From: Escherichia virus TH47
Sequence record: MT446416.1
Strand: one strand, 5' to 3'
Length of the DNA: 64,000 nt
Shown here: positions 10,126 through 19,184 of the stretch, one piece after another
How positions within the stretch are numbered: the stretch's first letter is position 1
How the letters are laid out: each line of letters begins with the position of its first letter
The notes under the pieces: model-generated
Told to the model about the DNA's origin: nothing
Databases searched by the model: none
Seen by the model: only the letters and a program-made list of their open reading frames with translations
Translations under genes and position numbers: made by a program

Positions 10126-10854
10126 TTAGAAATATACCATACCCATCAATTCTGAATCTTCAGGGCGAGTATAACCTTGTTTCTTAACTTTAAAGTAGAA
10201 GGATTCATTATCTTCTAAATTATAACGTTTCTTTAAGCAACGGGTGTATGTTTGGCAATTAGGTGAAACCCATTCATAAACATGAACACCATTTTCATCA
10301 TAACCATTAATACTACAACGGTTTCCTTCGTGTTTCTTGAAGTTTTTACTCTTCTCAGTGAATTCTTTTACCGATGTAGTGGATGGTTTTTTATATTCAA
10401 ATGGAACTTCTGTTATACGAAAATAGAAATATTGGTCGTCTTCATCATATCCAACTAGCACTGTGTTAGTTTCACGTACATTGTAATGATTCTTACTTTT
10501 CAATTCATTTTCATATATATCTTTTAATACCTCATCGAATACAATATCACTTGCTGCATTTGGGTCTGAAACCCCACTAATACGGCGTTCAATAATAAAA
10601 TCGGTGAATTTGCGGTCTTCTGAAATATCTTCATTCATATAAAGACTTACGAACTTATCCTTGTATGTCTTTACGCTATATTGTTTGCTTTGAACTTCAC
10701 TATAAACATCAGCTAACATGTTAGCTTGTCCACATTGTATACCGCTAGATGAATATGCCGCAGCATGTTCAGCCATAACAGATGTTAACATTTGGAAATT
10801 TGCAATATTGAGTTGATTCGCCATTTCTGTTGCAAATTTTATATTATCTATCAT
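10126..10854 (-). CDS. hypothetical protein, 242 aa
   Basis: Minus-strand ORF. Confidence 0.55.
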   Translation of the reverse strand: MIDNIKFATEMANQLNIANFQMLTSVMAEHAAAYSSSGIQCGQANMLADVYSEVQSKQYSVKTYKDKFVSLYMNEDISEDRKFTDFIIERRISGVSDPNAASDIVFDEVLKDIYENELKSKNHYNVRETNTVLVGYDEDDQYFYFRITEVPFEYKKPSTTSVKEFTEKSKNFKKHEGNRCSINGYDENGVHVYEWVSPNCQTYTRCLKKRYNLEDNESFYFKVKKQGYTRPEDSELMGMVYF

Positions 10855-10879
10855 TTCACATTCCTTGTGTTTATGATTT

Positions 10880-11812
10880 TCATATTTTTAATTTATTTTC
10901 GAGTAAACATTTACATACATAATCAATAACAAGATTTATGTCTTGTAAATCAAATGTTTCAGTATACCCATCACCAAAATAATCCTTTGGCAATTTACTA
11001 CTATTTTTAAGCAGATTTAAAATATTATATTCTACACTTTTAATAACTTCGGTATTTCCAGTAAAATAATATAATTCCTCTACTATAAAATTAGTTTTTG
11101 ACCTAATACTAATTAGTCTTGATTTATCAATCTTTGTAGAAATACCAACTTTATATTTTATTAAAATATTTTGTTCATATATTCCTAAAATATATAATTT
11201 ACTTTCTTCTGGGATTGGTCTGATACAATTGCAGTTAAGAGATCCACATTTAACTCTACTATAATTAATATATTTGTCAAAATTACACGCTGTACAATAA
11301 AATCTAACCTTATATTGTGTACCACGGTATGTAGATTTATCCATATATATTGTATTTGAGTAATCTTTTATTTTATTCATAATAGTGTTATATGCTTCGT
11401 CGATATCTAACGGCATACAATATGATGAATGACATTTACAATATGAACCTCTAGACTTAACATCATGCACCGTCATATATCTTTCAAACGCACAATCGTC
11501 ACAATAAAATCTAGATTTGTTTTTTGTAGTTGTGAATGTGGAAATATCTAATTTTAATTTTGAATTAATTTCACCCAATTTATTATATAAAGTTTTAAAT
11601 GTGGGACAGTGACAAAATATTCCATTTTTGTACACATTCCTAACTATGATATTTTTACTAAACCCACATTCATCACAGAAAAAAGTTGATTTGTTTGATA
11701 TGGTAGTGTATGTTGTTCTATCCATTTTTACCGATGAACCAATTGAACTCAATTTTTCATCAACCAGTCTGAATACTTCAGAATCTGGCTTTTTACTTGG
11801 CACTTTACACAC
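10880..11812 (-). CDS. protein with three tandem zinc-ribbon-like repeats
   Basis: Three internal repeats of F(F/Y)CD(E/D)C ... C(H/K)C about 35 aa each; C-terminal LGIY...VGIS loosely GIY-YIG-like (speculative). Confidence 0.55.
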   Translation of the reverse strand: MCKVPSKKPDSEVFRLVDEKLSSIGSSVKMDRTTYTTISNKSTFFCDECGFSKNIIVRNVYKNGIFCHCPTFKTLYNKLGEINSKLKLDISTFTTTKNKSRFYCDDCAFERYMTVHDVKSRGSYCKCHSSYCMPLDIDEAYNTIMNKIKDYSNTIYMDKSTYRGTQYKVRFYCTACNFDKYINYSRVKCGSLNCNCIRPIPEESKLYILGIYEQNILIKYKVGISTKIDKSRLISIRSKTNFIVEELYYFTGNTEVIKSVEYNILNLLKNSSKLPKDYFGDGYTETFDLQDINLVIDYVCKCLLENKLKI

Positions 11813-11852
11813 TCCTTGTGTTAGTTATTGTTCCTCATCCAATATTATATCA

Positions 11853-12164
11853 CTACTTGAGCCATTGTCCCGCTTTGTAACAATAAAGATTCTCAAATTT
11901 AAAGTTCTCTATATCACATTCCTCACGTACTCGATTCTTGTTCCAGAATAAAATACGAATCCTTTCATAATCACGATAAACACTAATAATGCTTCTGTGT
12001 TTAGATTTATAATATTCTTTTACAATATCAAGATACATTGACCTAAGTAACGATTTCACTGGATAAGACAAATCCTGTGCCGTAGTAATAAAGTAAATCA
12101 TCTTCATTGTTTCAGCAATAAGAACTTCATTTGTTGTATTTGTCATTGTAATCCTTACATACAC
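11853..12164 (-). CDS. hypothetical protein
   Basis: Minus-strand ORF. Confidence 0.5.
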   Translation of the reverse strand: MYVRITMTNTTNEVLIAETMKMIYFITTAQDLSYPVKSLLRSMYLDIVKEYYKSKHRSIISVYRDYERIRILFWNKNRVREECDIENFKFENLYCYKAGQWLK

Positions 12165-12309
12165 TATGTAAAGTAAATCCTAAACCAACACCAACAATTG
12201 GGAATAGTAAATTAACATACCATGTGTTCATTGTTAAAAAGGAATAAGCACCTGAAGCTGTCAGTACTGCAATAGAAAAAAGACTCCAGATAAAAAATAA
12301 TGCTCTCAT
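12127..12309 (-). CDS. small membrane protein
   Basis: 60 aa with two hydrophobic segments. Confidence 0.45.
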   Translation of the reverse strand: MRALFFIWSLFSIAVLTASGAYSFLTMNTWYVNLLFPIVGVGLGFTLHSVCKDYNDKYNK

Positions 12310-12596
12310 AAAAATGTTACCTCGTTAGATGAGTAGTTACGATATATTTGTGAATTATGTTCCACACCATGAATTGTTATATGCCCGTTGTAGAAAAAAG
12401 TAATATCTACAACTTTGAGTTCTTTACGTTTTTTAGTACTGAAATATCTACCCACTAACGCAGCATATATATAATCCCTGTACTCTTGAGTAATGAATTT
12501 ATACATATTATGATTTGCACTACACTTTTCATCATAAGTATTAGTATATTCTTTCATCAGTAGAGCATATGTTTTTTGTATTAATATGATATTCAT
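12306..12596 (-). CDS. hypothetical protein, possible divergent family-B member
   Basis: Same size and position as the adjacent family-B array; N-terminus MNIILIQKTY. Confidence 0.5.
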   Translation of the reverse strand: MNIILIQKTYALLMKEYTNTYDEKCSANHNMYKFITQEYRDYIYAALVGRYFSTKKRKELKVVDITFFYNGHITIHGVEHNSQIYRNYSSNEVTFL

Positions 12597-12979
12597 CTGT
12601 AGTTTAATATTGAAATGGGAAGACTATATATATGTGCGTAAAGTTTATCAACTCTTTCCATATTCACTTTTAAAGTACTTCCAATACGACTGATGCTATC
12701 TATACGATAAAGCACGTCATTCAGCATCATTACGGTATCGGTGTAATCTTCACTAAGAGATTCAATGTAGATATCTTCAAGTTTCACATCCATGCGTGGT
12801 ATATCTAAATCCCTCAATAAACGCAGTGTTTGCACGATCAGTTCAGCTTTAGTAATGAATACGCTCACATGCCAGACAATAAATGCACTCAATGTCAGGT
12901 CGCCATGATTTATCGAAATCTTTGTGCTGTTCTTCAGTGTATTCCGCATCATCATTGATAGGAAAGAAATCCCCAGCAC
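12593..12979 (-). CDS. hypothetical protein (start probably internal, near 12793)
   Basis: ORF overlaps 12849..13049 by 131 nt; internal ATG (MDVKLEDIY) would remove the overlap. Confidence 0.4.
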   Translation of the reverse strand: MLGISFLSMMMRNTLKNSTKISINHGDLTLSAFIVWHVSVFITKAELIVQTLRLLRDLDIPRMDVKLEDIYIESLSEDYTDTVMMLNDVLYRIDSISRIGSTLKVNMERVDKLYAHIYSLPISILNYR

Positions 12980-13049
12980 CAGAGGCCCAGTCTGAATCTA
13001 AACGGAAACGAGCTAATTGAGTACTGTTGCAATATGGACATTTATTCAA
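12849..13049 (-). CDS. small zinc-ribbon protein
   Basis: CPYC ... CIYCLAC Cys pairs. Confidence 0.45.
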   Translation of the reverse strand: MNKCPYCNSTQLARFRLDSDWASGAGDFFPINDDAEYTEEQHKDFDKSWRPDIECIYCLACERIHY

Positions 13050-13326
13050 AATTTATTCCTTCTAACTGATATACGTTTAATGAAAATGACCCACTATTAT
13101 TATCGCATCTGAAACACAGTGTTAAAGAACCATTATAACTCACGACATCCGTACATATACATTTTTCACCATTGGATATGATAGATTTTCCTATATATAA
13201 ATCTCTTACTATAGTACGGTAATGTTGCCATAAAAAATAATACACACTTTCATAGTACTCATCTTTTACATATGACAAGTATAAGAATTTATAAAATACT
13301 TGTATTTCCTTTAAGTTGTTTTTCAT
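13042..13326 (-). CDS. family-B paralog
   Basis: N-terminus MKNNLKEIQVFYKFLY. Confidence 0.6.
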   Translation of the reverse strand: MKNNLKEIQVFYKFLYLSYVKDEYYESVYYFLWQHYRTIVRDLYIGKSIISNGEKCICTDVVSYNGSLTLCFRCDNNSGSFSLNVYQLEGINFE

Positions 13327-13600
13327 TCTCCAACTCCAGTAAATTTACACCAATCCAATCAACATCACTATCAGTACTTAATTCCAATCGTAGCTTACCG
13401 CTATGACTAACAATATCGCGGAATTTGTATATTTTATTATCACGAACTATACACAAATCATGGTAATATTCATGTAATTCATCCAAAAACTTTATCCATA
13501 CCGAACGATAGATTTCACCGTAGAGATATTCTCCAGCATCAACCGTAGCGTATTGGATATACAAAAATTTGTATGTGAATTGTATATCATTAATATTCAT
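13289..13600 (-). CDS. family-B paralog
   Basis: N-terminus MNINDIQFTYKFLY. Confidence 0.6.
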   Translation of the reverse strand: MNINDIQFTYKFLYIQYATVDAGEYLYGEIYRSVWIKFLDELHEYYHDLCIVRDNKIYKFRDIVSHSGKLRLELSTDSDVDWIGVNLLELENEKQLKGNTSIL

Positions 13601-13610
13601 ATGTCAACTC

Positions 13611-13922
13611 TTATAGGTCCGTTAACTTCAAAACTTTGATCTCCATAAATTCCCTATCAGTTTTTTCAAGAAATTCTACATGGATAATACCTTGATAAGA
13701 TTTTACACCTGAATATTCAAATATGTCATCTCCATCAGTGTAAGTACTGTAATTCTTTTTTATATATTCAGCAATAGAATCTAAGTAATCATAGTAATTA
13801 TTAATAAATGGTGATTCTTTTGATTCGACATGTTCACCAATCTTCCCACTAAAAAGATACATGTCATACAAACCATATATATTTTTATACGTGAATTGAA
13901 CATCATTCAAATTTAATTTCAA
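13611..13922 (-). CDS. family-B paralog
   Basis: N-terminus MKLNLNDVQFTYKNIY. Confidence 0.6.
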   Translation of the reverse strand: MKLNLNDVQFTYKNIYGLYDMYLFSGKIGEHVESKESPFINNYYDYLDSIAEYIKKNYSTYTDGDDIFEYSGVKSYQGIIHVEFLEKTDREFMEIKVLKLTDL

Positions 13923-14179
13923 GGGAATATCTCCAGAGGAACACTCGTAAATCCAAAATCAGTGTAGAACTGTACCTCTACTTTACCATCGAGCTTAATG
14001 ATTATATCTGAAAATTCTGCATGATCGTTGTTGATAATTACAGTACTGAATTTTTCTTTAATCCTCTCACGCACAGTATTAATCATTTCAATACATGTAT
14101 TTTCTAAAAATATACTATTATTTTTATCTGCTAGGTCACGAATGCACTTGAATGTTAATTGGAAATCTTTATAATTCAT
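13919..14179 (-). CDS. family-B paralog
   Basis: N-terminus MNYKDFQLTFKCI. Confidence 0.6.
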   Translation of the reverse strand: MNYKDFQLTFKCIRDLADKNNSIFLENTCIEMINTVRERIKEKFSTVIINNDHAEFSDIIIKLDGKVEVQFYTDFGFTSVPLEIFP

Positions 14180-14445
14180 ATATTCACCAAATCAACAGAG
14201 AATAAGTCGTTATCAAATTTATATGAAAGTACTAATCTACCATCAAAACTATCGACACTAAGTATCTTTCGTTTTTTCCCATTAATGAAAATTTCAGTAT
14301 CAATAAAATACTCACGTAATTCTTCTAGGTAATTTGACCATAATTTATGAGTAAACGCATATTTATTAATTGTGTTAGTACTTCTGTGATTATGGTGTAA
14401 TTTAAATAATTCCATATAAGTGAATTGTATATGTTTGTAATTCAT
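14176..14445 (-). CDS. family-B paralog
   Basis: N-terminus MNYKHIQFTYMELF; SD AAGGGGAAA upstream. Confidence 0.6.
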   Translation of the reverse strand: MNYKHIQFTYMELFKLHHNHRSTNTINKYAFTHKLWSNYLEELREYFIDTEIFINGKKRKILSVDSFDGRLVLSYKFDNDLFSVDLVNI

Positions 14446-14455
14446 ATTTCCCCTT

Positions 14456-14484
14456 ACAAAAATAGCCCGAACTTATGTCGGGCT
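14456..14484 (-). terminator. intrinsic terminator
   Basis: Perfect 7-bp stem AGCCCGA/TCGGGCT with 7-nt loop, followed on the minus strand by TTTTTGT; 8 nt after stop of 14492..15154. Confidence 0.55.
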
Positions 14485-14491
14485 ATATGTG

Positions 14492-15154
14492 TTATTCATC
14501 GTCATCATCATCGTCGTCGAGATCTAGGTAAATGCCATCATCACCATCATCGAAGTACTCAACCACTACACCAGGAATGTTCAGTGCTGTGAACATCGCA
14601 TCATATTTTTCATCAGATGGGATAAGAACAAACTCATCAATACTTTGAATTTCAGGCATACGATCTTCAGGAATACCCATTTGCAACAAGGATTGGATGA
14701 TTTTTTCCTTGTATTCTAGGAACTTCTCTTCTGATTCGAAATCCATAATAAGTTGTGCTACATAACCATCTTCGTTACCAAATGCGATTGACATTTGTGC
14801 ATCAGTACCGACATATGACCATGTACGCTTGCCAGTATTTTTCTCAATGAAGTTCTGAATTTCAAGAACGATTTCATGACGAGAACTATTGGCAATGTTG
14901 TTAAGGTTAGCAACACCAGCAATAATTTCTGAACTATCATTGGATTCTTCGAATGTACCATAGTCACCTAATACATATTGAACACCATCACAATGTAATG
15001 CATATGCATAATCCAAATCAGCAAGTGAATCACACTTACCACGGATTGGGCGTAGGGAAAGCCCTAGGCGAAGATAACGAAAGTATGTATTAGTATTTGT
15101 ATTTGTCAACGTAATGCTCCTTAACAATATAAAAGTAGTTGCTGTTGTTGTCAA
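14492..15154 (-). CDS. hypothetical protein with poly-acidic C-terminal tail
   Basis: C-terminus YLDLDDDDDDDE; annotated N-terminus is low-complexity and overlaps upstream gene, so true start is probably downstream. Confidence 0.5.
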   Translation of the reverse strand: MTTTATTFILLRSITLTNTNTNTYFRYLRLGLSLRPIRGKCDSLADLDYAYALHCDGVQYVLGDYGTFEESNDSSEIIAGVANLNNIANSSRHEIVLEIQNFIEKNTGKRTWSYVGTDAQMSIAFGNEDGYVAQLIMDFESEEKFLEYKEKIIQSLLQMGIPEDRMPEIQSIDEFVLIPSDEKYDAMFTALNIPGVVVEYFDDGDDGIYLDLDDDDDDDE

Positions 15155-15398
15155 AAAAGATGACTAATCCTTTGTAGACATTTACACCAATCTTGATTTG
15201 GCATATTTTATTCGATTTACAAGCCTCAGTCAATAACATCTTGTGCTCTTTACTGAAAGTGTGGAATAGTGGTTTTACATGCCACATCTCCACACCATCT
15301 AGTACTGGAAAATGTTCACTGAATTTGATCATTGATTCTTGTAAAAAATAACCTGTTAGATTCGAATCATCAGACATGTAAGTTCGCCAGGAAGTCAA
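15090..15398 (-). CDS. hypothetical protein
   Basis: Minus-strand ORF. Confidence 0.5.
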   Translation of the reverse strand: MTSWRTYMSDDSNLTGYFLQESMIKFSEHFPVLDGVEMWHVKPLFHTFSKEHKMLLTEACKSNKICQIKIGVNVYKGLVIFFDNNSNYFYIVKEHYVDKYKY

Positions 15399-15663
15399 TT
15401 ACTTCTTCATGTGTTAACTTATCACTACGCTCTAGAACATTGATGATGAATGGTGTTTGACTATATAATTCAGCCAGAAACGCAACTTCATCAGATGTAT
15501 AAGAATATCCCATAGGAACAACTTGTGCAGTCCAGTTTCCTAAAGTTTTGTTTGCAATGATTGCAACCACCGTATTACCTTTGAATTCAACATGGATTGA
15601 ACGGAAACCCGAATCCTCATTCTGATCCCAAAGTACTGGGTTAGTTTTAAACAGTACTGACAT
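15370..15663 (-). CDS. hypothetical protein
   Basis: Minus-strand ORF. Confidence 0.5.
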   Translation of the reverse strand: MSVLFKTNPVLWDQNEDSGFRSIHVEFKGNTVVAIIANKTLGNWTAQVVPMGYSYTSDEVAFLAELYSQTPFIINVLERSDKLTHEEVIDFLANLHV

Positions 15664-15665
15664 AG

Positions 15666-16199
15666 TTATTTCCTCATGTATTTTATTACATCTTCAAATA
15701 GTTTAGTTTTCAGTGCATCATCATTACCAGGTAGAAAAGTACTGAAGCTATTAAAATCTTCATTCTTGGCAAACTCACGCATCTGTGTGGAACTGTAGCG
15801 ACTTACATTTCGGTCAATTCCAGCTTGAACTGCCTTGATTGAACAAAAATTATATAACTTCCCATTGTACGTGTCAAGCGTTTTTTGGAATGGTTCAAGT
15901 CTGTCTGAACCACATATGAAAAGAACATCTAAGTACTTTCCATCCAGTTCTCTCATTATATCAAACAGATTATCTTCTGTATAGATATTTTCTTGTACAG
16001 ATGGGTAAAATCCTTCTGTATAGTACATTTTCAGTTCAGGAGGTAATGGGTTTTTGACGGCATCAGTACTGGTACTAAGGAATATTTTCAAATCAGCATT
16101 GTACTGTTCTTGTAGTGCTTGGGCTTTTTCAAACACTAAACCATGTCCATTGTGGACTGGGTTACATCTCATGAATGTCACTACGCATGTTTCTTTCAT
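15666..16199 (-). CDS. HxGH-motif nucleotidyltransferase (NMN/NaMN adenylyltransferase-like)
   Basis: N-terminal CNPVHNGH (HxGH signature of cytidylyltransferase-like fold) and C-terminal SRYSSTQMR resembling the ISSTxIR motif. Confidence 0.6.
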   Translation of the reverse strand: MKETCVVTFMRCNPVHNGHGLVFEKAQALQEQYNADLKIFLSTSTDAVKNPLPPELKMYYTEGFYPSVQENIYTEDNLFDIMRELDGKYLDVLFICGSDRLEPFQKTLDTYNGKLYNFCSIKAVQAGIDRNVSRYSSTQMREFAKNEDFNSFSTFLPGNDDALKTKLFEDVIKYMRK

Positions 16200-16720
16200 A
16201 TGTTCTTCATCACCTGACCAAGAGATTTAAGATAGTTGATTTTAGCTGGAGTCAAATACTTATCCAGTACTATTAAACAACTAGGGAATGGAGCACTGTC
16301 CGTCTTTTTATCTGGTTCTTCAGGGATACCGAATTTTAAGCGACCTTTTATAAAACAAATACAGTCGCATTCTTTTGATGCATAGTTCTGAAACGCAACC
16401 GTATCGGTACGTGAAGGTACAAGTATCAGTACTGTAGCACCTTTGTTATATGCATCAACTGCCTTAGATAACCACGTTTTCAAATCACTGTACGGTGGGT
16501 TGAGCCACACGATATTGTTTCCCCAGTCCTGTTCAAGTGAATTGTCTTCTGGTGTAAAGAACTTATCACACAATGCTGTTTCTTTAACACATGCTGCATC
16601 TAGTGTAAATTCCCAGAGTTCATCCAAATCTTCAAAGAAATCCTTTGGAGTAGTCCAGTTATCTTTTCCAGTACTGAAATGTACTGATTGTTTTTTCTTC
16701 GAAGCATCCTTCTTCGACAT
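16196..16720 (-). CDS. DNA N6-adenine methyltransferase, phage Dam family
   Basis: FTLDAAC and WLNPPYS motifs in the order typical of phage N-6-adenine-methyltransferases; 174 aa. Confidence 0.8.
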   Translation of the reverse strand: MSKKDASKKKQSVHFSTGKDNWTTPKDFFEDLDELWEFTLDAACVKETALCDKFFTPEDNSLEQDWGNNIVWLNPPYSDLKTWLSKAVDAYNKGATVLILVPSRTDTVAFQNYASKECDCICFIKGRLKFGIPEEPDKKTDSAPFPSCLIVLDKYLTPAKINYLKSLGQVMKNI

Positions 16721-16736
16721 ACATAATTTCCTTTGA

Positions 16737-17282
16737 TTATAGACAGTTAAGTACTATGTCATCAAAAGTACTACTGTCAATGTTGTATTCATATAAAAAT
16801 TTAAAATGTGATCCATAACGCATCATCAGATTAAACTCTTCTTCAGTATTAAATTTGTAATCATGAAGAGTTTCAAGGGTACATGTTAAACCTAAAAACT
16901 CAATAATTTCTGATGTTACATCATTTCCTGAATTGAAGTATTTAACCCAAACACATTTTCCTTGTGGGTTGAATTTTCTATATTCTCCTTCTAGTTCTCC
17001 ATTGACGATATGTGCTTTCGCACTGATTAGATTATTACTATAACGCTCTTCGTAGTAGTTCCCATAACGAGCTTTAAGAATTGTAGGCTTCTTGGTTGGG
17101 AATAACTTAATGGAAGTTAATTCAAAACCGCACTGCAACTCTTTGATGTACGAAATACATCCCTTTTCTTTAATCACAACAAAACCAGTAAAATTCTCCT
17201 GGTCTTGGTTCTGATTGTCTGAATCAACAAATTCTAGTGTTTTATAAGTGACGCTTTTAGATTTTTTAATAAATGACATCAT
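16737..17282 (-). CDS. hypothetical protein with MORN/YwqK-like repeats
   Basis: Repeats like GEYRKFNPQGKCVWVKYFNSGN; track start at 17369 is a TTG that is actually the promoter -35 box, so start trimmed to ATG at 17280-17282 with AGGA upstream. Confidence 0.55.
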   Translation of the reverse strand: MMSFIKKSKSVTYKTLEFVDSDNQNQDQENFTGFVVIKEKGCISYIKELQCGFELTSIKLFPTKKPTILKARYGNYYEERYSNNLISAKAHIVNGELEGEYRKFNPQGKCVWVKYFNSGNDVTSEIIEFLGLTCTLETLHDYKFNTEEEFNLMMRYGSHFKFLYEYNIDSSTFDDIVLNCL

Positions 17283-17340
17283 TATTCCTATGGAAACATC
17301 AATGACTGTCCATGGCGTTGACTTCATCAACACCAGTCGA

Positions 17341-17369
17341 ATTATACACGCTTCGCATGTATAATTCAA
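17341..17369 (-). promoter_or_regulatory. sigma70-like promoter TTGAAT-17-TATAAT
   Basis: Minus strand: AGTACT-ttcg-TTGAAT-N17-TATAAT, then 5' UTR hairpin GGTGTTGA/TCAACGCC at 17314-17334. Confidence 0.55.
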
Positions 17370-17399
17370 CGAAAGTACTATGATTTGTTTTAATTAATA

Positions 17400-17900
17400 T
17401 TGACGGGGTTTGCTTGAGCATATTTCATCCCCCCGCAGGGGAAAGAACAAAAAAGTTTGACGCTGGTGGCCTTCACATAGTTCATATCACGAATTCTCTT
17501 ACGAGGCGAAAGCGGGTTGCTCTGTTTCTCTCTATCGCGGTTCTTGTAGCAACGGTCGTCGGTCTTAAACATCCCGACACATAATACAAATACCATATGA
17601 CCAGTACTTGTATTTGATTTCACGAATTTTGGACGCAACTATTTTGTATAAATTACGACCGCAAATTTCTCATGAAATCTCCCTTAGATAATTGGTAAGG
17701 TGCGATCCTTATATGTCTATCGAGGAACTCTCTTTATCCTATTGGAGTTCTTTATACAGCCGCATTGCCGTGAGTGGTTCAAACTATGCCATCATCTAAC
17801 GGGTTTCATTTGCTGTTCGTACTGAAAGGACTACTCATCTACCCTCTACTTTTCGAGTGGATTAGGCTTCAATCATTTCCATATGGAACCTTTCAGGATT
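17400..17900. other. ORF-free island of elevated GC, function unknown
   Basis: No ORF longer than about 25 codons on either strand except an implausible 82-aa one; GC visibly higher than flanks; contains CCCCCCGCAGGGG hairpin. Confidence 0.4.
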
Positions 17901-17932
17901 AAAAAAAGGTGACAACATATTCTGCTGTCACC
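17901..17932 (-). terminator. intrinsic terminator
   Basis: Perfect 7-bp stem GGTGACA/TGTCACC with 11-nt loop, then T7 on the minus strand; 30 nt after stop of 17963..18826. Confidence 0.65.
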
Positions 17933-17962
17933 TTACATTATATCATAAACTTATGGTATGTC

Positions 17963-18826
17963 TCAGTTGTATTCTGTTTTTTCAGTGAAATTCGTTAAGA
18001 TATCTGCACTTAAGCTTCTCATAACCTCAATCTTACTTGGCATGAACCTGTGCTTGTTTTTTACATACAACTCATCATCTTCAATGAAAGATGTGAACAT
18101 GAATACCATATCTTCACGTGGAATTGAGAGAATATTACAGTTTTCATTTTCAGTAACAGGGGAATCCCCGTAGTACTTAGAGAATGCAGTACTTTGACGA
18201 CCGATTATGATAGAATTTCGGATTAGAAAATTACTACAGTACTGAAAATCTTTGTAGTACTTGTCAAGGATATATGGCATTATCGCTTCTTTCACTTCTT
18301 CATATCCATTTGAACTATCAATTTCAGTACAATAATCTTCTCGGTCTTTTTTCCCTCGATGATTATCAAACTCGTACTCAAAGAATAAATTTTTATTTGA
18401 TGAATCTGAATCATTTAAACCAACTGATCCACTATAGTATGAATTTCGTGAATTTCTATCCTTCATTCGATCATCCGGGCATGATGCATACATAGAAATG
18501 TCATGTGTTGACGTACCGATATAAATTTTCTTAGTAATGTGATTGTACGCGATGTAATCATAATCTTGTACTCCAGTGAGCATTAACTGGAACATCAATT
18601 CATCAGGAACATCAATTAACGGGTACTCAAACTTCGAATATCTACTACGACAGAAATTCTTTTCAAATGCTCGGTGTGCGATGAAATCTTTTAGATTTGT
18701 AATAGATTCATGCTCATGTGTATTACTGGTGCGTACATTGACATTAGTAGACGAGCAATACCCTTCAGATTCTTCTGCGTAGACATAAAAACCCTTACTG
18801 TAGTCAACGATTAGATAAAGTTTCAT
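17963..18826 (-). CDS. hypothetical protein, 287 aa, with internal family-A-like motif
   Basis: Contains VPDELMFQLMLTG; SD TGGAGA upstream. Confidence 0.6.
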   Translation of the reverse strand: MKLYLIVDYSKGFYVYAEESEGYCSSTNVNVRTSNTHEHESITNLKDFIAHRAFEKNFCRSRYSKFEYPLIDVPDELMFQLMLTGVQDYDYIAYNHITKKIYIGTSTHDISMYASCPDDRMKDRNSRNSYYSGSVGLNDSDSSNKNLFFEYEFDNHRGKKDREDYCTEIDSSNGYEEVKEAIMPYILDKYYKDFQYCSNFLIRNSIIIGRQSTAFSKYYGDSPVTENENCNILSIPREDMVFMFTSFIEDDELYVKNKHRFMPSKIEVMRSLSADILTNFTEKTEYN

Positions 18827-18837
18827 ATATCTCCAGA

Positions 18838-18870
18838 CAAAAAAAAGGACGAGATATTATATCCAGTCCT
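18838..18870 (-). terminator. weak putative terminator
   Basis: Short stem GGAC/GTCC with long loop followed by T8 on the minus strand, after stop of 18879..19184. Confidence 0.35.
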
Positions 18871-18878
18871 TTGGTTTA

Positions 18879-19184
18879 TTAGTGGCTTGCCCAGCAGTAA
18901 ACAGGACGTAGATTTTCCATTGGGTTTACTTCAGGCTTCAGTACTGTAACACGAACTTCATACGGAGTACCATCTGCATGATGGAACGTTTCGTAATGAA
19001 TACTCTCAATGAAGGTTTCATATTCTTCTTGAGAACGTGAACGAACTGATGGGGAATATTTCTTTTTGGTATCTGATTTTAGCGTAACACTTACTAGTTC
19101 TGTTTCTTCACCTTCTTCAAGTTTATTGAAATCGAACTCTGGTACACCTTCAAACATATCAAATTTCATTCCGTTGTCTTCCAT
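18879..19184 (-). CDS. hypothetical protein
   Basis: Minus-strand ORF. Confidence 0.5.
   Translation of the reverse strand: MEDNGMKFDMFEGVPEFDFNKLEEGEETELVSVTLKSDTKKKYSPSVRSRSQEEYETFIESIHYETFHHADGTPYEVRVTVLKPEVNPMENLRPVYCWASH

Noticed and set aside
17390-17638. 82-aa minus-strand ORF inside the GC-elevated island
   Set aside because: It sits in an otherwise stop-rich region, has no SD, and the translation is Arg/Lys/Cys-rich junk; more likely noncoding.
17400-17900. A tRNA or tmRNA gene in the noncoding island
   Set aside because: No GTTCGAATC-type T-loop with matching stems or acceptor stem could be found by eye on either strand; this needs a proper tRNAscan or Infernal run.
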